Source of the DNA: Candidatus Heimdallarchaeota archaeon
GTDB lineage: Archaea > Asgardarchaeota > Wukongarchaeia > Wukongarchaeales > JBHIFL01
Assembly: GCA_046761065.1 (NCBI GenBank)
Contig: JBHIFL010000008.1
Span: 1-64,000, forward strand
Reading direction: 5' to 3'
Length of the DNA: 64,000 nucleotides
Under the pieces are notes generated by a model, which was not told the origin of the DNA, did not search any database, and was given only the letters and a program-made list of their open reading frames with translations. The position numbers and the translations under genes were made by a program. This document shows, piece after piece, positions 31,096 through 42,146 of the stretch (its first letter is position 1; the number at the start of each line of letters is the position of its first letter).

Positions 31096-32568
31096 CTACC
31101 AATAACGCGCTTGAGGTAACGCATTAACTCCCATTCGTTCAGCAATCCGCTGCATGATTCCATCTAAATCAGTTTGAACATCTAAAGGAAGGGGATCTGG
31201 TATATATTCCGATAATATCGAATTAACGACTTCTTGGGCCTTGTTCCATGAGTCTTTTGCTCCTTTCTGGATCCATTGTCCCCTTTCTTGTCGGTTAAAG
31301 ACCCTCAGGTTTAGATATTGTTCTTTCCTGAACCATTCTAAGGTATGTTTTGTTTCTAAAAAACTCCCTCCCGTTCCAATTTTATTGAAGAGGTCAATAG
31401 CCAAGGTCTCTTCAGTAACGTCAATCCCCTCAATGAATCGTAGTGCAAGCCCACACATCTCGTTGTCCAGAACCAGTTTTTCAGGGCTCTCACAACTCTC
31501 AAACTCTAACATCCCTGGGCCTGCGACGAGATTGACTCCCATTAGTGCAGCAAGAAGGGTTCCACTTGCGCTTTCAAATCCCAACTGGGCATCAATTGTC
31601 TTAGAATCACTCAAACCCATGAAACTATGTGTTGGGAGGTCAAAGTGCTTTCCAATCTGAACGTAACCACAGTCAAGCAATTGAGTTTCGATTGCCCCCA
31701 TCGGAGTGGTGCCGAATTTCATATCAAAAATGGCAGGGGATCCTCCATATATCACAGGGGCCCTAGGGTTCACAAGTTGAGCTAGAACAATACCGCTTAA
31801 TGTCTCAGCAGTATGGAGGACTAAGGAGCCTGCAAGAGTTGCAGGTGCGGTCGCGCCTGCTAGGGGCATCGAGATGAATTCGACAGGCATACCGAAGGTG
31901 GCTGAGTCAATAATATTTTGTGTCACGTGTCGATCCCATTGTAAGGGAGGACTCGGACAGGCATCCACGATCAAAAAGGGCTTCTGAGCAAGGGTTTTCA
32001 GATCTCCCCGGAAAGTGAGAATCATATCTTTTAGGTCATGAAGACTCTCGACACTAAAGACACCATCAATGAGTGGTTTAGTGCTATTATTTAGAATCAC
32101 ATAGACACGCCATCGATCAATCAAAGGATGTGGAATATCCATCGGATTGATAGAGACACTTTGGGCATGGATATTTTCGAGAGCATCGACTAAATGGGCA
32201 AATTCTGCTAGATCCTTTGTGGTGGGATCTCTTGCGGCTCGAGTTTGAGAATCTAGAAATTTGATGGCTGACCCACCAGGGTGGAAATAGACTGAATTGC
32301 CCTCAAGTGTCATCCACAAGTCGCCATTTCGATCATATATTTTGATCGATTTCGGGGCTATCTTAATGGCTTCTTTAACGAGCTCTCTTGGGATCTTTGC
32401 GATTTGATGTTCGTCATTAACGTCAGCCCCCCCATCTTTCAATGCTTGAATCGCCTTTTCATTTAGAAACTTGACCCCAGTATCTTCCAAGACGGTCACT
32501 GCACCAGCAAAAATGGATGCAATCGCTTCTTCTTCAAGTACAGTGAGTGTTGGACGCAATCGCTTCAT
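31096..32568 (-). CDS. Trimethylamine methyltransferase (MttB) family, non-pyrrolysine type
   Basis: GATAPATLAG, GLSDSKTIDAQLGFES, GMLE motifs; no internal TAG. Confidence 0.92.
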   Translation of the reverse strand: MKRLRPTLTVLEEEAIASIFAGAVTVLEDTGVKFLNEKAIQALKDGGADVNDEHQIAKIPRELVKEAIKIAPKSIKIYDRNGDLWMTLEGNSVYFHPGGSAIKFLDSQTRAARDPTTKDLAEFAHLVDALENIHAQSVSINPMDIPHPLIDRWRVYVILNNSTKPLIDGVFSVESLHDLKDMILTFRGDLKTLAQKPFLIVDACPSPPLQWDRHVTQNIIDSATFGMPVEFISMPLAGATAPATLAGSLVLHTAETLSGIVLAQLVNPRAPVIYGGSPAIFDMKFGTTPMGAIETQLLDCGYVQIGKHFDLPTHSFMGLSDSKTIDAQLGFESASGTLLAALMGVNLVAGPGMLEFESCESPEKLVLDNEMCGLALRFIEGIDVTEETLAIDLFNKIGTGGSFLETKHTLEWFRKEQYLNLRVFNRQERGQWIQKGAKDSWNKAQEVVNSILSEYIPDPLPLDVQTDLDGIMQRIAERMGVNALPQARYW

Positions 32569-32592
32569 AAAATATCTCCAAATTATCCATTA

Positions 32593-33402
32593 TCACCAGA
32601 TCTTGTACATTTTTAGCGTTTTTAATGCGCCAAGTGTTGTAGAAACAGTGCGTTCTGCCCCATCTCCTGATGACCACGCTCCATCTTGCCGTTGCAACTT
32701 TATCACTTGGTCAATGCATCTTTTAACTACAGGGTCATCTTTGGAGATTCCAGCAACATAGAAACATTCTAGACACCAAGTAAGATTGGGGGGATCATTT
32801 TCCAGTTGCTCGGAGTTTCGTTCTATCACAATTAAGGCTTTTTTCACATTCTCAGAATTACTCCCTTCCAATTGACCGAATATTCCTACGGATATCCAGG
32901 TTGCTTGTAAAAACCCTACAAACTTCCCGTCCTCATCTTGATGTTTAAGAAGGAATTGGGTCGCTTTCCTCACAGCTTCAGATTCCCTATAGCCCAACTT
33001 AAGCAAATTGTTTAAGGTGCATGCAGTTAGCCACATCTTGACTTTCAAGTCGCCCGGGGTGTTCCAGAACGGGGGATTGTACTGGGATATGGCAGGGGCT
33101 TGATCCCAACTCCCATCTTTCCCTTGCACCCTCAAGAGGTATTCAAGGGTTCTTCTACAAGGGTCCGACGCAGTTAAACCCAACTCGATCATAAGGCTTA
33201 AGTTTAAACTTGTGACATTAATACAGCTTAGATTTCCTTTTTTGTTATTATAAGGAAAGCCTCCGTCTTCGTTCTGTAATCCCCTCAGATAACTTAACGG
33301 TACAACATCGTTTCTCTCTTGGGTGAGTAGATAATTTAACCTATATCTATCCATTTCAGTCCCGTTTTCTTCGATGAAGCGTATTGCTTTTTGAACATCC
33401 AA
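32593..33402 (-). CDS. Prenyltransferase/squalene-cyclase repeat protein
   Basis: Four QxxDGxF/W repeats. Confidence 0.85.
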   Translation of the reverse strand: MDVQKAIRFIEENGTEMDRYRLNYLLTQERNDVVPLSYLRGLQNEDGGFPYNNKKGNLSCINVTSLNLSLMIELGLTASDPCRRTLEYLLRVQGKDGSWDQAPAISQYNPPFWNTPGDLKVKMWLTACTLNNLLKLGYRESEAVRKATQFLLKHQDEDGKFVGFLQATWISVGIFGQLEGSNSENVKKALIVIERNSEQLENDPPNLTWCLECFYVAGISKDDPVVKRCIDQVIKLQRQDGAWSSGDGAERTVSTTLGALKTLKMYKIW

Positions 33403-33548
33403 GCTGTTACCACTCCTAATATTGCTTCTCCATTTTTTGATATAAAATCAACATCCAAGTGTTTTGTAAATCTTAAATAAACATGTCGTCAAACTATGCA
33501 AAAGATTTAACTGCTTGATTCTCTGATCGGAAAAAACGGGGTTGTTGT

Positions 33549-35030
33549 ATGAGTTTCTTTTTGGATCCACCTGCCCTCTTCCTGTTAGGAATGCTGCTGT
33601 ATATTGTGAAACAAGAACGAGCGTGGAAACCGGATCGCACCTTTTTCGTCGGTGCAATAATTGCATTGGCTTTCTTGATCGTAAGCCCCCTATTGTACTT
33701 AGATGTGCTAAGTTGGCCCCTGCCCTACACAACCGGCTCCAAATGGATGTTTCATTCGGATCAAACCGGAATTCTGATAGAAGACGTTTCAATTGCGCTC
33801 GTTATTATTATGTTTCTTTTCTACCCAGTATGGCTAATTCTTGGGTATCTAGTCGGCCGACACTTCTTCAAACCTCGACCACTGGTTGTGACCCCTGAAA
33901 TTTTCACATACACTCATGTCAAGAGTTCTCGCGAACGAGAACCTACTCACGTTGTGGTGAAAAGAGGTGCTAACAAACGACAAATGGTTCGCGAGGCCTT
34001 AGACGAACTGGGTGGCATCAAGAAATATGTTAAGAGCGGTGATAGCGTTCTGATCAAGCCAAATATTTCGGGAGGTAATCCAGAGATCCCAGGATCCTTC
34101 ACTAGCCTTGAAGTAGTTGAAACGCTAGTTGATTTGGTTCGAGAGGCAGGAGGGGTTGTTACAGCAGTTGTCGATTCAGACATGATCTGGACGGATTTCT
34201 GGCCCGTCGCAAAAGCTCAAGGCTGGAAATCTTGGGCAAAGAAGCTAGATGTGCCTCTAATAAATCTGGCAGAAACAGAGTGTGCTACTTTCGATTTTGG
34301 AGAGGGGAGCACAATCAGGAAAGCGGTCGTTTCCAAAAAATTAGTTAATGCAAATGTCATCATCTCCGTCCCGACCATGAAAACGCATTTGTTAACTGAC
34401 GTGACGCTAGGTCTGAAAAACATGTACGGAACTTTCCCAGAGCCCGATAAAGCCAAATTCCACAAGAAAGACATTGAAAATGTGATTGCTGAAGTGAACA
34501 AGGCCTTTACACCAACATTGACAATCATTGATGGGAGCATCGGGGGGGAAGCGTTCGGTCCGCTCTCGTCCAAGCCTGTCAACTTCGAGACGATTATTGC
34601 CTCGAATGACGTCGTAGCCGCCGATTCCGTCGCAGCGCAGTTAATTGGGTATGACCCATCTACGATTGACCATATTCAACGAGCACATGACCTAAAAGTT
34701 GGCGATGCCAGTGTCAGGATTGACTTTGCAGCACTGCCCTATAAACACGAAAAGGATGGTAAATGGGAACGGCCTGATGTAAAAGTCACAGACTTTTACA
34801 ACAATATGCTCGAAGCTGCGTTAAAAGTTCCTGGGATGCAAACCATGTTCAATTATTTAGCAGACTTCGCACTATATGGGACTGCGACCCTACCAGTCCT
34901 AGAAGATCTTACGCCTCTCATTGAGGAAGCTTTGAATGATATATTGAGTGCGTGCATCCGAAGTGGAAAAGTCATTACGGGCTTTTTCGGGAAAATTGCC
35001 CGGAAACTTCGCCGCATACTCCGACTGTAA
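33549..35030 (+). CDS. DUF362 domain protein with N-terminal membrane segment
   Basis: VLIKPN, PTMKTH..VTLGLKNMYG, DVVAAD. Confidence 0.88.
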   Translation: MSFFLDPPALFLLGMLLYIVKQERAWKPDRTFFVGAIIALAFLIVSPLLYLDVLSWPLPYTTGSKWMFHSDQTGILIEDVSIALVIIMFLFYPVWLILGYLVGRHFFKPRPLVVTPEIFTYTHVKSSREREPTHVVVKRGANKRQMVREALDELGGIKKYVKSGDSVLIKPNISGGNPEIPGSFTSLEVVETLVDLVREAGGVVTAVVDSDMIWTDFWPVAKAQGWKSWAKKLDVPLINLAETECATFDFGEGSTIRKAVVSKKLVNANVIISVPTMKTHLLTDVTLGLKNMYGTFPEPDKAKFHKKDIENVIAEVNKAFTPTLTIIDGSIGGEAFGPLSSKPVNFETIIASNDVVAADSVAAQLIGYDPSTIDHIQRAHDLKVGDASVRIDFAALPYKHEKDGKWERPDVKVTDFYNNMLEAALKVPGMQTMFNYLADFALYGTATLPVLEDLTPLIEEALNDILSACIRSGKVITGFFGKIARKLRRILRL

Positions 35031-35111
35031 CTCACAACGCATCAAATTATCTCATTACATATCAGCTTTGCATCAATTAATCTAGATTAACCCTTCCAAG
35101 AAGGAATATCA

Positions 35112-35285
35112 TTACAAATTAATCTTCTCAGTTTGTCTTTCAAACAATAAGTAATGATTGACAATAGTCGGAGATCCTTGAGCTTGATAGGTATGAAGTT
35201 TCCAGCCCTTCTTTTGATATTATTCGATTACTTTTCCTATCTTTTTGTGATGTCCCACTTGCACACATATGAATTCTTTCAACAT
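35112..35285 (-). pseudogene. Small DUF4177-like protein with in-frame TAA at 35220-35222
   Basis: MLKEFICVQVGHHKKIGKVIE*YQKKGWKLHTYQ..HYLLFER. Confidence 0.45.
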
Positions 35286-35389
35286 TACTTTTCCTTTTGA
35301 AACACTTGAGAATACCTTCATTATAGCTACTTTTATAGGCCTTTTGTTTTTCATGAGCAGATTGTCAGATAAGACCAGAAAATCGATCA

Positions 35390-35438
35390 GAATAAGAGGA
35401 ACATGTTTAACAATGAATAAGAAGAACATGTTTAACAA
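35390..35438 (+). repeat. 2 x 24-bp direct repeat (25-bp period) upstream of SagB-like gene
   Basis: GAATAAGA(G/A)GAACATGTTTAACAA at 35390 and 35415. Confidence 0.85.
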
Positions 35439-35458
35439 CAAAATGGAGAGCTGAAAAG

Positions 35459-36205
35459 ATGGAAGAATATCGCGAATTCCTCAAAAGTAAGTTATGGGAG
35501 GCTGTTTTTTACTCCGACAAAACTGATCAAAAAAGAAATATCCCTCATCCTCCGGTACAGAAAGAGTATCCGATAGAAGTTAAGCTAATCGATTTGATTG
35601 CACCGGAAAAGTTTACGATTGGGAAGATGTCGGTCATTGAAGCGATTCGAAGACGGAAAAGCCGCAGAAGATTTTCCGAAGAGCCATTGACTTTCGAAGA
35701 GCTCTCGTTTTTGCTTTGGGCAACACAAGGAGTCCATGAAATCTGGCGGGATGGGTCAGCTACAAGACGGACGGTTCCTTCAGCAGGATCTCGGCACCCC
35801 TTTGAAACGCACTTGGTCATCAATCGAGTCGAGGGATTAGATATCGGTTTTTACAGATATTTGGCTGTGGAACATCAACTATACCATATCCCAACTGAAG
35901 GGAATCTTGCTGAACAAGTAGGTATCGCATGTCATAACCAGAAATTCGTTGGCCAAAGTGCAGTAACGTTTGTCTGGTCTGTTATTCCTTATCGATCCGA
36001 GTGGAGGTATGACAAACTTGCACATAAGATGATCGCAATTGATGCTGGTCATCTCTGCCAGAATCTCTATCTTGTATGTGAGTCTATCAACGCGGGGATG
36101 TGCGCGATAGGGGCGTATGATCAGGAAAAGATGGACAAGTTGTTCGGCTTTGATGGCAAAGACGAATTTACTATTTATGTAGCAGCTGTTGGAAAGATCG
36201 GGTAG
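35459..36205 (+). CDS. SagB/ThcOx family FMN dehydrogenase
   Basis: RRKSRR, RRTVPSAGSRHP, DAGHLCQNLYL. Confidence 0.93.
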   Translation: MEEYREFLKSKLWEAVFYSDKTDQKRNIPHPPVQKEYPIEVKLIDLIAPEKFTIGKMSVIEAIRRRKSRRRFSEEPLTFEELSFLLWATQGVHEIWRDGSATRRTVPSAGSRHPFETHLVINRVEGLDIGFYRYLAVEHQLYHIPTEGNLAEQVGIACHNQKFVGQSAVTFVWSVIPYRSEWRYDKLAHKMIAIDAGHLCQNLYLVCESINAGMCAIGAYDQEKMDKLFGFDGKDEFTIYVAAVGKIG

Positions 36206-36356
36206 GATAACACCCGTTAATTGGTAATTCTTCCCACCAACAATTTAATTACTCATTTTAATTGCTTATGCGGCAAGAATACAAAAAATTAGGGCTGGTT
36301 TATCACTTTTCCTATGTCAGAGAAGTCGTCCCAATACTTAGTGGAACCCAAGTTTT

Positions 36357-36872
36357 TCAATTTTGCTTTTTTTTGGCGGTTCTTATCTGAAAAACCAGTC
36401 TGATTACGTAAATAGCTCCTCCACCAATGAAAGCCAAGATACAGAACGTGTAGACCTCAAAGCTAATGATCATGCTATTATTAAGAAGTGGATTAATTTT
36501 AAAGGGGTAAAATGGTCTTATATCCGAGTATAAAAATGAATCCAAGAAGATGTGGAGGTAGATACCAAAAAGAGATGCTGAGAGAATACTTTTGACTGAT
36601 TGCTCCTGATCAAGTTTAAAAATAGACATCAAAGGCGAAAGAGCGTTCCTCATATTATTCATTATCACGACGAGGAGAAATGCAACAAACATTCCTCCTA
36701 AGAAGGAGTGAAAGAACCCATGGAGCGGATAATGTAGGTTTAAAGTTAGAACTAGAAATGGCTCACTATCAACGATTATATTAGCTACTAAAAACGTAGG
36801 AAAATCGATGTAACGTAATAGGAGCAGTCCAAATAGCAATCCCGGTCCAAAATGAAATGGAGTAAAGGGCAT
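36357..36872 (-). CDS. Membrane-bound metal-dependent hydrolase (DUF4184/YdjM-like)
   Basis: MPFTPFH, HGFFHS, HIFLD motifs. Confidence 0.8.
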   Translation of the reverse strand: MPFTPFHFGPGLLFGLLLLRYIDFPTFLVANIIVDSEPFLVLTLNLHYPLHGFFHSFLGGMFVAFLLVVIMNNMRNALSPLMSIFKLDQEQSVKSILSASLFGIYLHIFLDSFLYSDIRPFYPFKINPLLNNSMIISFEVYTFCILAFIGGGAIYVIRLVFQIRTAKKKQN

Positions 36873-37019
36873 GGTAATTACAACTCTATATAACAGCTTG
36901 AGAAACGTACCATTCTTGAAATATTTTTTGGAAAATCAACAAAATCTAACAAAGTGCCATTTGATCTTTCCTGAAAAATCTAGAAAAGAGAGAACTTCAG
37001 TAGAGGGTAAGAACCTGCC

Positions 37020-37551
37020 CTATTGTTTGATTTTTCTCTTGCTTGCATTAAGGATTGTAATTCCTATAATTTCTCCTCGCTCATATCTGATGATGACATC
37101 ATCATCATTCAGTTCAGAATCATCCGCATGGCTAGGTTTTTGTAATTAATATATAAAACATCTGCTTCTTTATCGTATGCGATCCAAATTCTTGAGTGCG
37201 GTAATTCCAATAACTCTGGAACGATATCCAATATCTTTTTTTACTTCTATTTCTTCCATATCTTTCGTCTCCTTTCAAATTGCCTTTTCTGCCTCGTTAA
37301 GAAGGAAGTGATCATGAATCCGTCTACCTTACTTATTTCTTTATATACAACTACAAGGTTTTACCCGCTTCTATTTCCTTCACTGCTATAAACTCCCCAG
37401 CTTTCCCTTCATAAATGATTTCTGGTCCCTCCACTGTTTCAAGGGCTTCATAATAATAACCTGCCATCTCTGGGTGCGCTTCTGTAATATGAAGCCATCT
37501 CTCTTCTGGAAATCGAATTGTTACATTGTTTTTAGACCTGACTTCATCCAT
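37020..37551 (-). pseudogene. Decayed toxin (DUF4258/RelE-like) plus DUF2283 antitoxin pair
   Basis: ERWLHITEAHPEM; YDKEADVLYI..IIGITILNAS; frameshifts in both genes. Confidence 0.7.
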
Positions 37552-37662
37552 TTTTTTATCAAATTCCTTTCAAGGAACTTAAGATTGTTTTTTATAACCA
37601 TTTAAGAAGTTCTATGAAATATCTTCGTTATATCATGGATTAGTAAAGCATTTCAATATTAA

Positions 37663-38886
37663 ATGACCCCTATCCTCAAAAAATCAGTTCTGGAGATAAA
37701 AATGCACAAAGGTGTAGATGGAAGAAGCTCCACTCATCTTGTTGCTAACACCATAAACTTGCGATCAATGAAAAAGTTAGGTTTAATTGTCAATCCGATT
37801 GCTGGGATGGGCGGAACTGTTGGACTCAAAGGAACGGATGGTCAAGAGATTCTTAAGAGGGCACTAGCACTCGGGGCGGTTCCAACTTCATCAAGCAGAT
37901 CTATTGAAGCCTTAAAGAGAATTACTCCCATAAAAGAAAATCTTGAACTTATCACTTATCCTAATAATATGGGGGAAAAAGTGGCAATGGCGTGCAATTT
38001 TGATCCTTTAGTTATAGGATCAATCGAAAAAGAAAGGACTACTTCAGCAGACACAAAAAATGCTGCAAAAGACATGATAAGGTCACAAGTCGATCTCCTG
38101 CTCTTTGCAGGCGGAGATGGAACCGCAAGAGATATCTGTGAAATAGTGAGAGATAAACTGCCAGTTCTAGGAATTCCAACTGGGGTAAAAATCCATAGCG
38201 GGGTATTTGCAATAAATCCCCGAAGTGCGGGAGATCTAGCTGTATTGTATTTACAAGGAAAACAAACAGGAATTCACGAAGCTGAGGTTATGGATATTGA
38301 TGAGCAAGCGTTTCGAGAAAATAGAGTGTCTGCTAAGCTATATGGCTATCTGAGAGTGCCTTTCGAGAAAATGATGGTTCAAAGTTCAAAAGTCGGGGGG
38401 TTAGTAGAAGAAGAGATCGCAGTGGAAGCCATTGCTACTGAGATAGTGGAGAATCTCCAAGATAACAATCTCTACATAGTCGGTCCGGGGACGACAACAA
38501 GACCGATTTTTGAAAAACTCAAGTTGACAAAGACTTTGTTAGGAGTAGATGTCATATATAACAGAAAATTAGTGGCCACCGATGTAAATGAATCTCTATT
38601 GTTGAATTTGATTAAGGATAAACAAGCAAAGATTATAGTGACCGTGATTGGGGGACAAGGGTTCATTTTTGGTCGAGGAAATCAACAAATAAGTCCAAAG
38701 GTCATTAAAAAAGTCGGTTGTGAAAATATAATAATCATCGCTACACCGGCAAAGCTCGCGTCCTTACAGGGACGTCCATTATTAGTTGATACAGGAGACA
38801 CGGAAGTGGATCAAATGCTCAGTGGTTATATCAAAGTGGTTCAAGGATATAGACAGAGTGCTATCTATAAGGTAAGATCCCCCTAG
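37663..38886 (+). CDS. ATP-NAD kinase family protein; likely start ATG ~37768
   Basis: NPIAGMGG, GGDGTARD, GVKIHSGVF, GRGNQQ. Confidence 0.92.
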   Translation: MTPILKKSVLEIKMHKGVDGRSSTHLVANTINLRSMKKLGLIVNPIAGMGGTVGLKGTDGQEILKRALALGAVPTSSSRSIEALKRITPIKENLELITYPNNMGEKVAMACNFDPLVIGSIEKERTTSADTKNAAKDMIRSQVDLLLFAGGDGTARDICEIVRDKLPVLGIPTGVKIHSGVFAINPRSAGDLAVLYLQGKQTGIHEAEVMDIDEQAFRENRVSAKLYGYLRVPFEKMMVQSSKVGGLVEEEIAVEAIATEIVENLQDNNLYIVGPGTTTRPIFEKLKLTKTLLGVDVIYNRKLVATDVNESLLLNLIKDKQAKIIVTVIGGQGFIFGRGNQQISPKVIKKVGCENIIIIATPAKLASLQGRPLLVDTGDTEVDQMLSGYIKVVQGYRQSAIYKVRSP

Positions 38887-39045
38887 CTACTTGTGAAAAA
38901 AAATTTTCTCCTTGTGCTTTGAGAATAGTTTATGGATACGTGTTTATATATTGAAGAAGATGTGATAATGCTTATTGAGATTGAACCAGCTTTCAACCGT
39001 TATCGGTTCACCTAGCTGAATTTGGTTGATTTCAAATTTAATTGT

Positions 39046-40300
39046 TTAACTTTTACTTTTGCTAAGATAATCATAGGCTGAAAGCACAAGGATCTTCACA
39101 ATCTTGAGAAATTCTTCCACCTCAACATATTCGTCAGCTGCACCCATGTTGTGAGGAAATGGCCCGTAAACGTAAGCCGGTAGTTTCGATAACGCCAAAG
39201 GCGGCAGTCAGTGCCACCAAGGCTAATGGTGGGCTCTGGTTTTATTCCACTTACTTGAATGGCATTTGTTTGCAAGAAGTGGACCATATCCCCATTTGGG
39301 GCGCAAGAACTTGGAGGGTTGTAGATTATTTCTTTATAACTCACTTCAGGGTAGCAGGAAACGATTTTTTCCACCTCGGTTAAAACACGTTCCTTGTTCA
39401 TTCCTACTGGCAGTCGGATGCCAACTTCAAACACGCATCTCGCAGGTACCATGTTGACCTTCAATCCCCACGAATTGATCCGATATTAACAGTGATCTTA
39501 TCTAAAATCTCCGACGCTCCTTTCCCATACACCATATCATTGATTTTTGCGGTCCTCTTCAGAGTAGTCACGATATTTTCCGGGACGGATACCTCTATCA
39601 TAGTTAAGGCCTTAACCTCTTTTATTAGGCGACTTGCAATCTTAATTGCACTGGGGCTTGCATGGGTATAAGCGCCATGGGATCCAAGCGTGTGCACCTC
39701 GAAGGCAAGCCATAAGGAGCCTTTCTCTCCAAATCGTATAGTATAAGGACTCCCGGGCTCGCCGCTTAGACAACAGTCACCATGAACCTCAGGGAGGTGC
39801 ATTATCAAGTAACGGGAACCCCAAGGACCAAATGTCTCTTCATCAGAAACGCATGTCAAAGTTAATTTGCCTTTTAACTTGTCTCAAATACGATGGAGGT
39901 AAGAGAAAGTGAAAATCAAGGCAGATGTCCCGCACTTCATATCAGCCGCGCCTCTCCCATAAATTCGGCCTTTGGCGATGGTAGCAGACCAAGGCTCATA
40001 TGTCCAACCTTCAGTATCATCCACTGGGAAAACAGCTATATGACCATTTAGCACCAAATGTCGACCCGGCGCACCACACTCGAATGCGCCAACGACATTT
40101 GGCATCTCCTCCTTTGAAGCAATAATTTTGTAGGGCAGTTTTTGCTCGTCAAGGAACTGACTAATATGTTTGACAGCCGCGCGAGTGTCTCCTGGTGGAT
40201 TTGGACTCTTCGCTTGAATAAAACAACGAAAAAAATCAATTAGTTTATCCCGGTCTTCATCAATCCAGTGTAATAGCCTTTCCTTCTTCTGGTTATTCAT
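39046..40300 (-). pseudogene. M20 (ArgE/DapE) metallopeptidase broken by stop and frameshifts
   Basis: LNGH, GRGAADMK, SDEE, GEP, GGTD motifs spread over three ORFs. Confidence 0.85.
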
Positions 40301-40602
40301 GGTTATTCTCTCTATTCTAAAGCTGGAACCCAGATATGATTTAATACCAAGAATTCAGACAGATAAATTTATCTTCACAGCAATTTCATATTTTTTTGAA
40401 TCATTAAACAAGATATTTCTGTCTCATTTTGAAACCTTAACAAATCCCCCTCGAACTTTAATGTGCGTGGATTATCTTGACCAATCAACTTACTTTGTTG
40501 AATGAAAATAGTTAAGCAACACAACCAGTAAACAACAAGAACAAGCAAACCAGCAAAAATCATGATCACAAGAAGATATATGACTCCAAATTATTTCACA
40601 AG

Positions 40603-41958
40603 GTGATTGCGATTATTACAGAAACCCTTGAAAAACAGGTTCTAAGCAACATTAACGAAAAAGATGTAATTGACCTCGCCAAGGAGCTTGTAAAAATCCC
40701 AAGCTTCGCTGGTGAAGAAACACCTGTAGCAGAGTTCCTCGCCCAATGTTATAATGACCATGGCATCCATGTTAGGATGCAAGAGGTTGAGCCTAGAAGA
40801 TTTCAACCCCTAGCTACCCTTAAAGGCACTGATAGTGGAACTAGTTTACTTCTTAACGGACATATGGACATTGACCCTCTTTTCAGGGATCAAAAGGATC
40901 CATTCAAACCAATGGTCAAAGATGGACTCCTGTACGGTGCTGGTTTATGCAATATGAAGGCAGGTGTCACTGCCATGGTAATGGCGATGATAGCTATTGC
41001 CAAGGCAGGTGTAGATCTGAAAGGGGATCTCTTCTGTAACCCAGTAGTCGGTGAGCTGCAGGGAGGTGTTGGGACTCTCTATACAATTAAGCATGGACCC
41101 AGACCTGACGCTGTCGTTATTCCTGAACCTACACACCAAGCTCTGCTGCTAAAACATGGTGGGGTTTTGGATGTTGCAATCACAACATTAGGTAGGTCCA
41201 AACACATCTCGAAAAGAGAGGGGTCAATAGACGCTATGAAAAAGATGTGGGCGATCCAGCAGGCTCTTTATGAAATGGATGCGAAGAAGAAGTGGACCTT
41301 TAAATTTGATCCTGACCTTCCTGACCTCCCTCTAATGAATTTAGGCAGTATCATTGGAGGTCGAGGTAGAAATTACGAACTTCGAGGTCCGTATGATGTT
41401 TCGGATGTTTGTACTCTATTTATTGATATACGAATAAACGCTTCGCAGTCCCTTGAAACAGTAAAGAGAGATTTAACAACCCTTCTAGAGAAACTGAAAG
41501 AAATCGACCCTAAACTTGAATATGAAATTCAATTTCCGCCTGCATCTGCTGAAAATCTGGGACGTTCCATATCACCCTTCAATAAACACATAGCTGACAT
41601 AATTGGACTTTACATGCCACCATTCAGTATGTCTGAGGATGAATATCTAGTTAAAGCCGTTTCATTATCTCATGAAAAGGTTACAGGAAATCCTCCTATC
41701 AAAATTATTAGCGAAGCTACATGCCGGCTCGCAGGTGGACGTGTGGTCTATGCTGGTACAGATGCTGCCCACTATTGGAGTCGAGGAATCCCTGCATTCT
41801 GCTATGGTCCTGGATGCACGGAACAACCGTATCTTAAGATGGGACATCATCCACCAGTACCAATTATACAAATACTAACCTGCACAAAAGCCTTAGCACT
41901 TACTGCACTGGATATTTGTACAAAAACGAAAAAAGAGTATAATAGGCTAAGATCCTGA
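40603..41958 (+). CDS. M20 (ArgE/DapE) family metallopeptidase
   Basis: LNGHMD, GAGLCNMK, VGE, PEP, GTDA. Confidence 0.9.
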   Translation: MIAIITETLEKQVLSNINEKDVIDLAKELVKIPSFAGEETPVAEFLAQCYNDHGIHVRMQEVEPRRFQPLATLKGTDSGTSLLLNGHMDIDPLFRDQKDPFKPMVKDGLLYGAGLCNMKAGVTAMVMAMIAIAKAGVDLKGDLFCNPVVGELQGGVGTLYTIKHGPRPDAVVIPEPTHQALLLKHGGVLDVAITTLGRSKHISKREGSIDAMKKMWAIQQALYEMDAKKKWTFKFDPDLPDLPLMNLGSIIGGRGRNYELRGPYDVSDVCTLFIDIRINASQSLETVKRDLTTLLEKLKEIDPKLEYEIQFPPASAENLGRSISPFNKHIADIIGLYMPPFSMSEDEYLVKAVSLSHEKVTGNPPIKIISEATCRLAGGRVVYAGTDAAHYWSRGIPAFCYGPGCTEQPYLKMGHHPPVPIIQILTCTKALALTALDICTKTKKEYNRLRS

Positions 41959-42146
41959 TTCGCCTCATTAAATGGTAACATAGAATCCTCGATTAGTTAT
42001 GATTTTTATATATCTGCTCTGTTTTGATAATATGTAGATATCCCTTCTATCTGAGTGCAGGCGGTTCCAGTTGACCTTAAATAGAACTCGATAGATAGAA
42101 AGGTTTTAGAAACGGCTCGCGCGGATTTATACTGTTAGGTGGTTAA

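Noticed and set aside
35459-36205. SagB-like gene as part of a RiPP (azole peptide) cluster
   Set aside because: No YcaO, precursor peptide or transporter adjacent; stand-alone SagB-like genes are common
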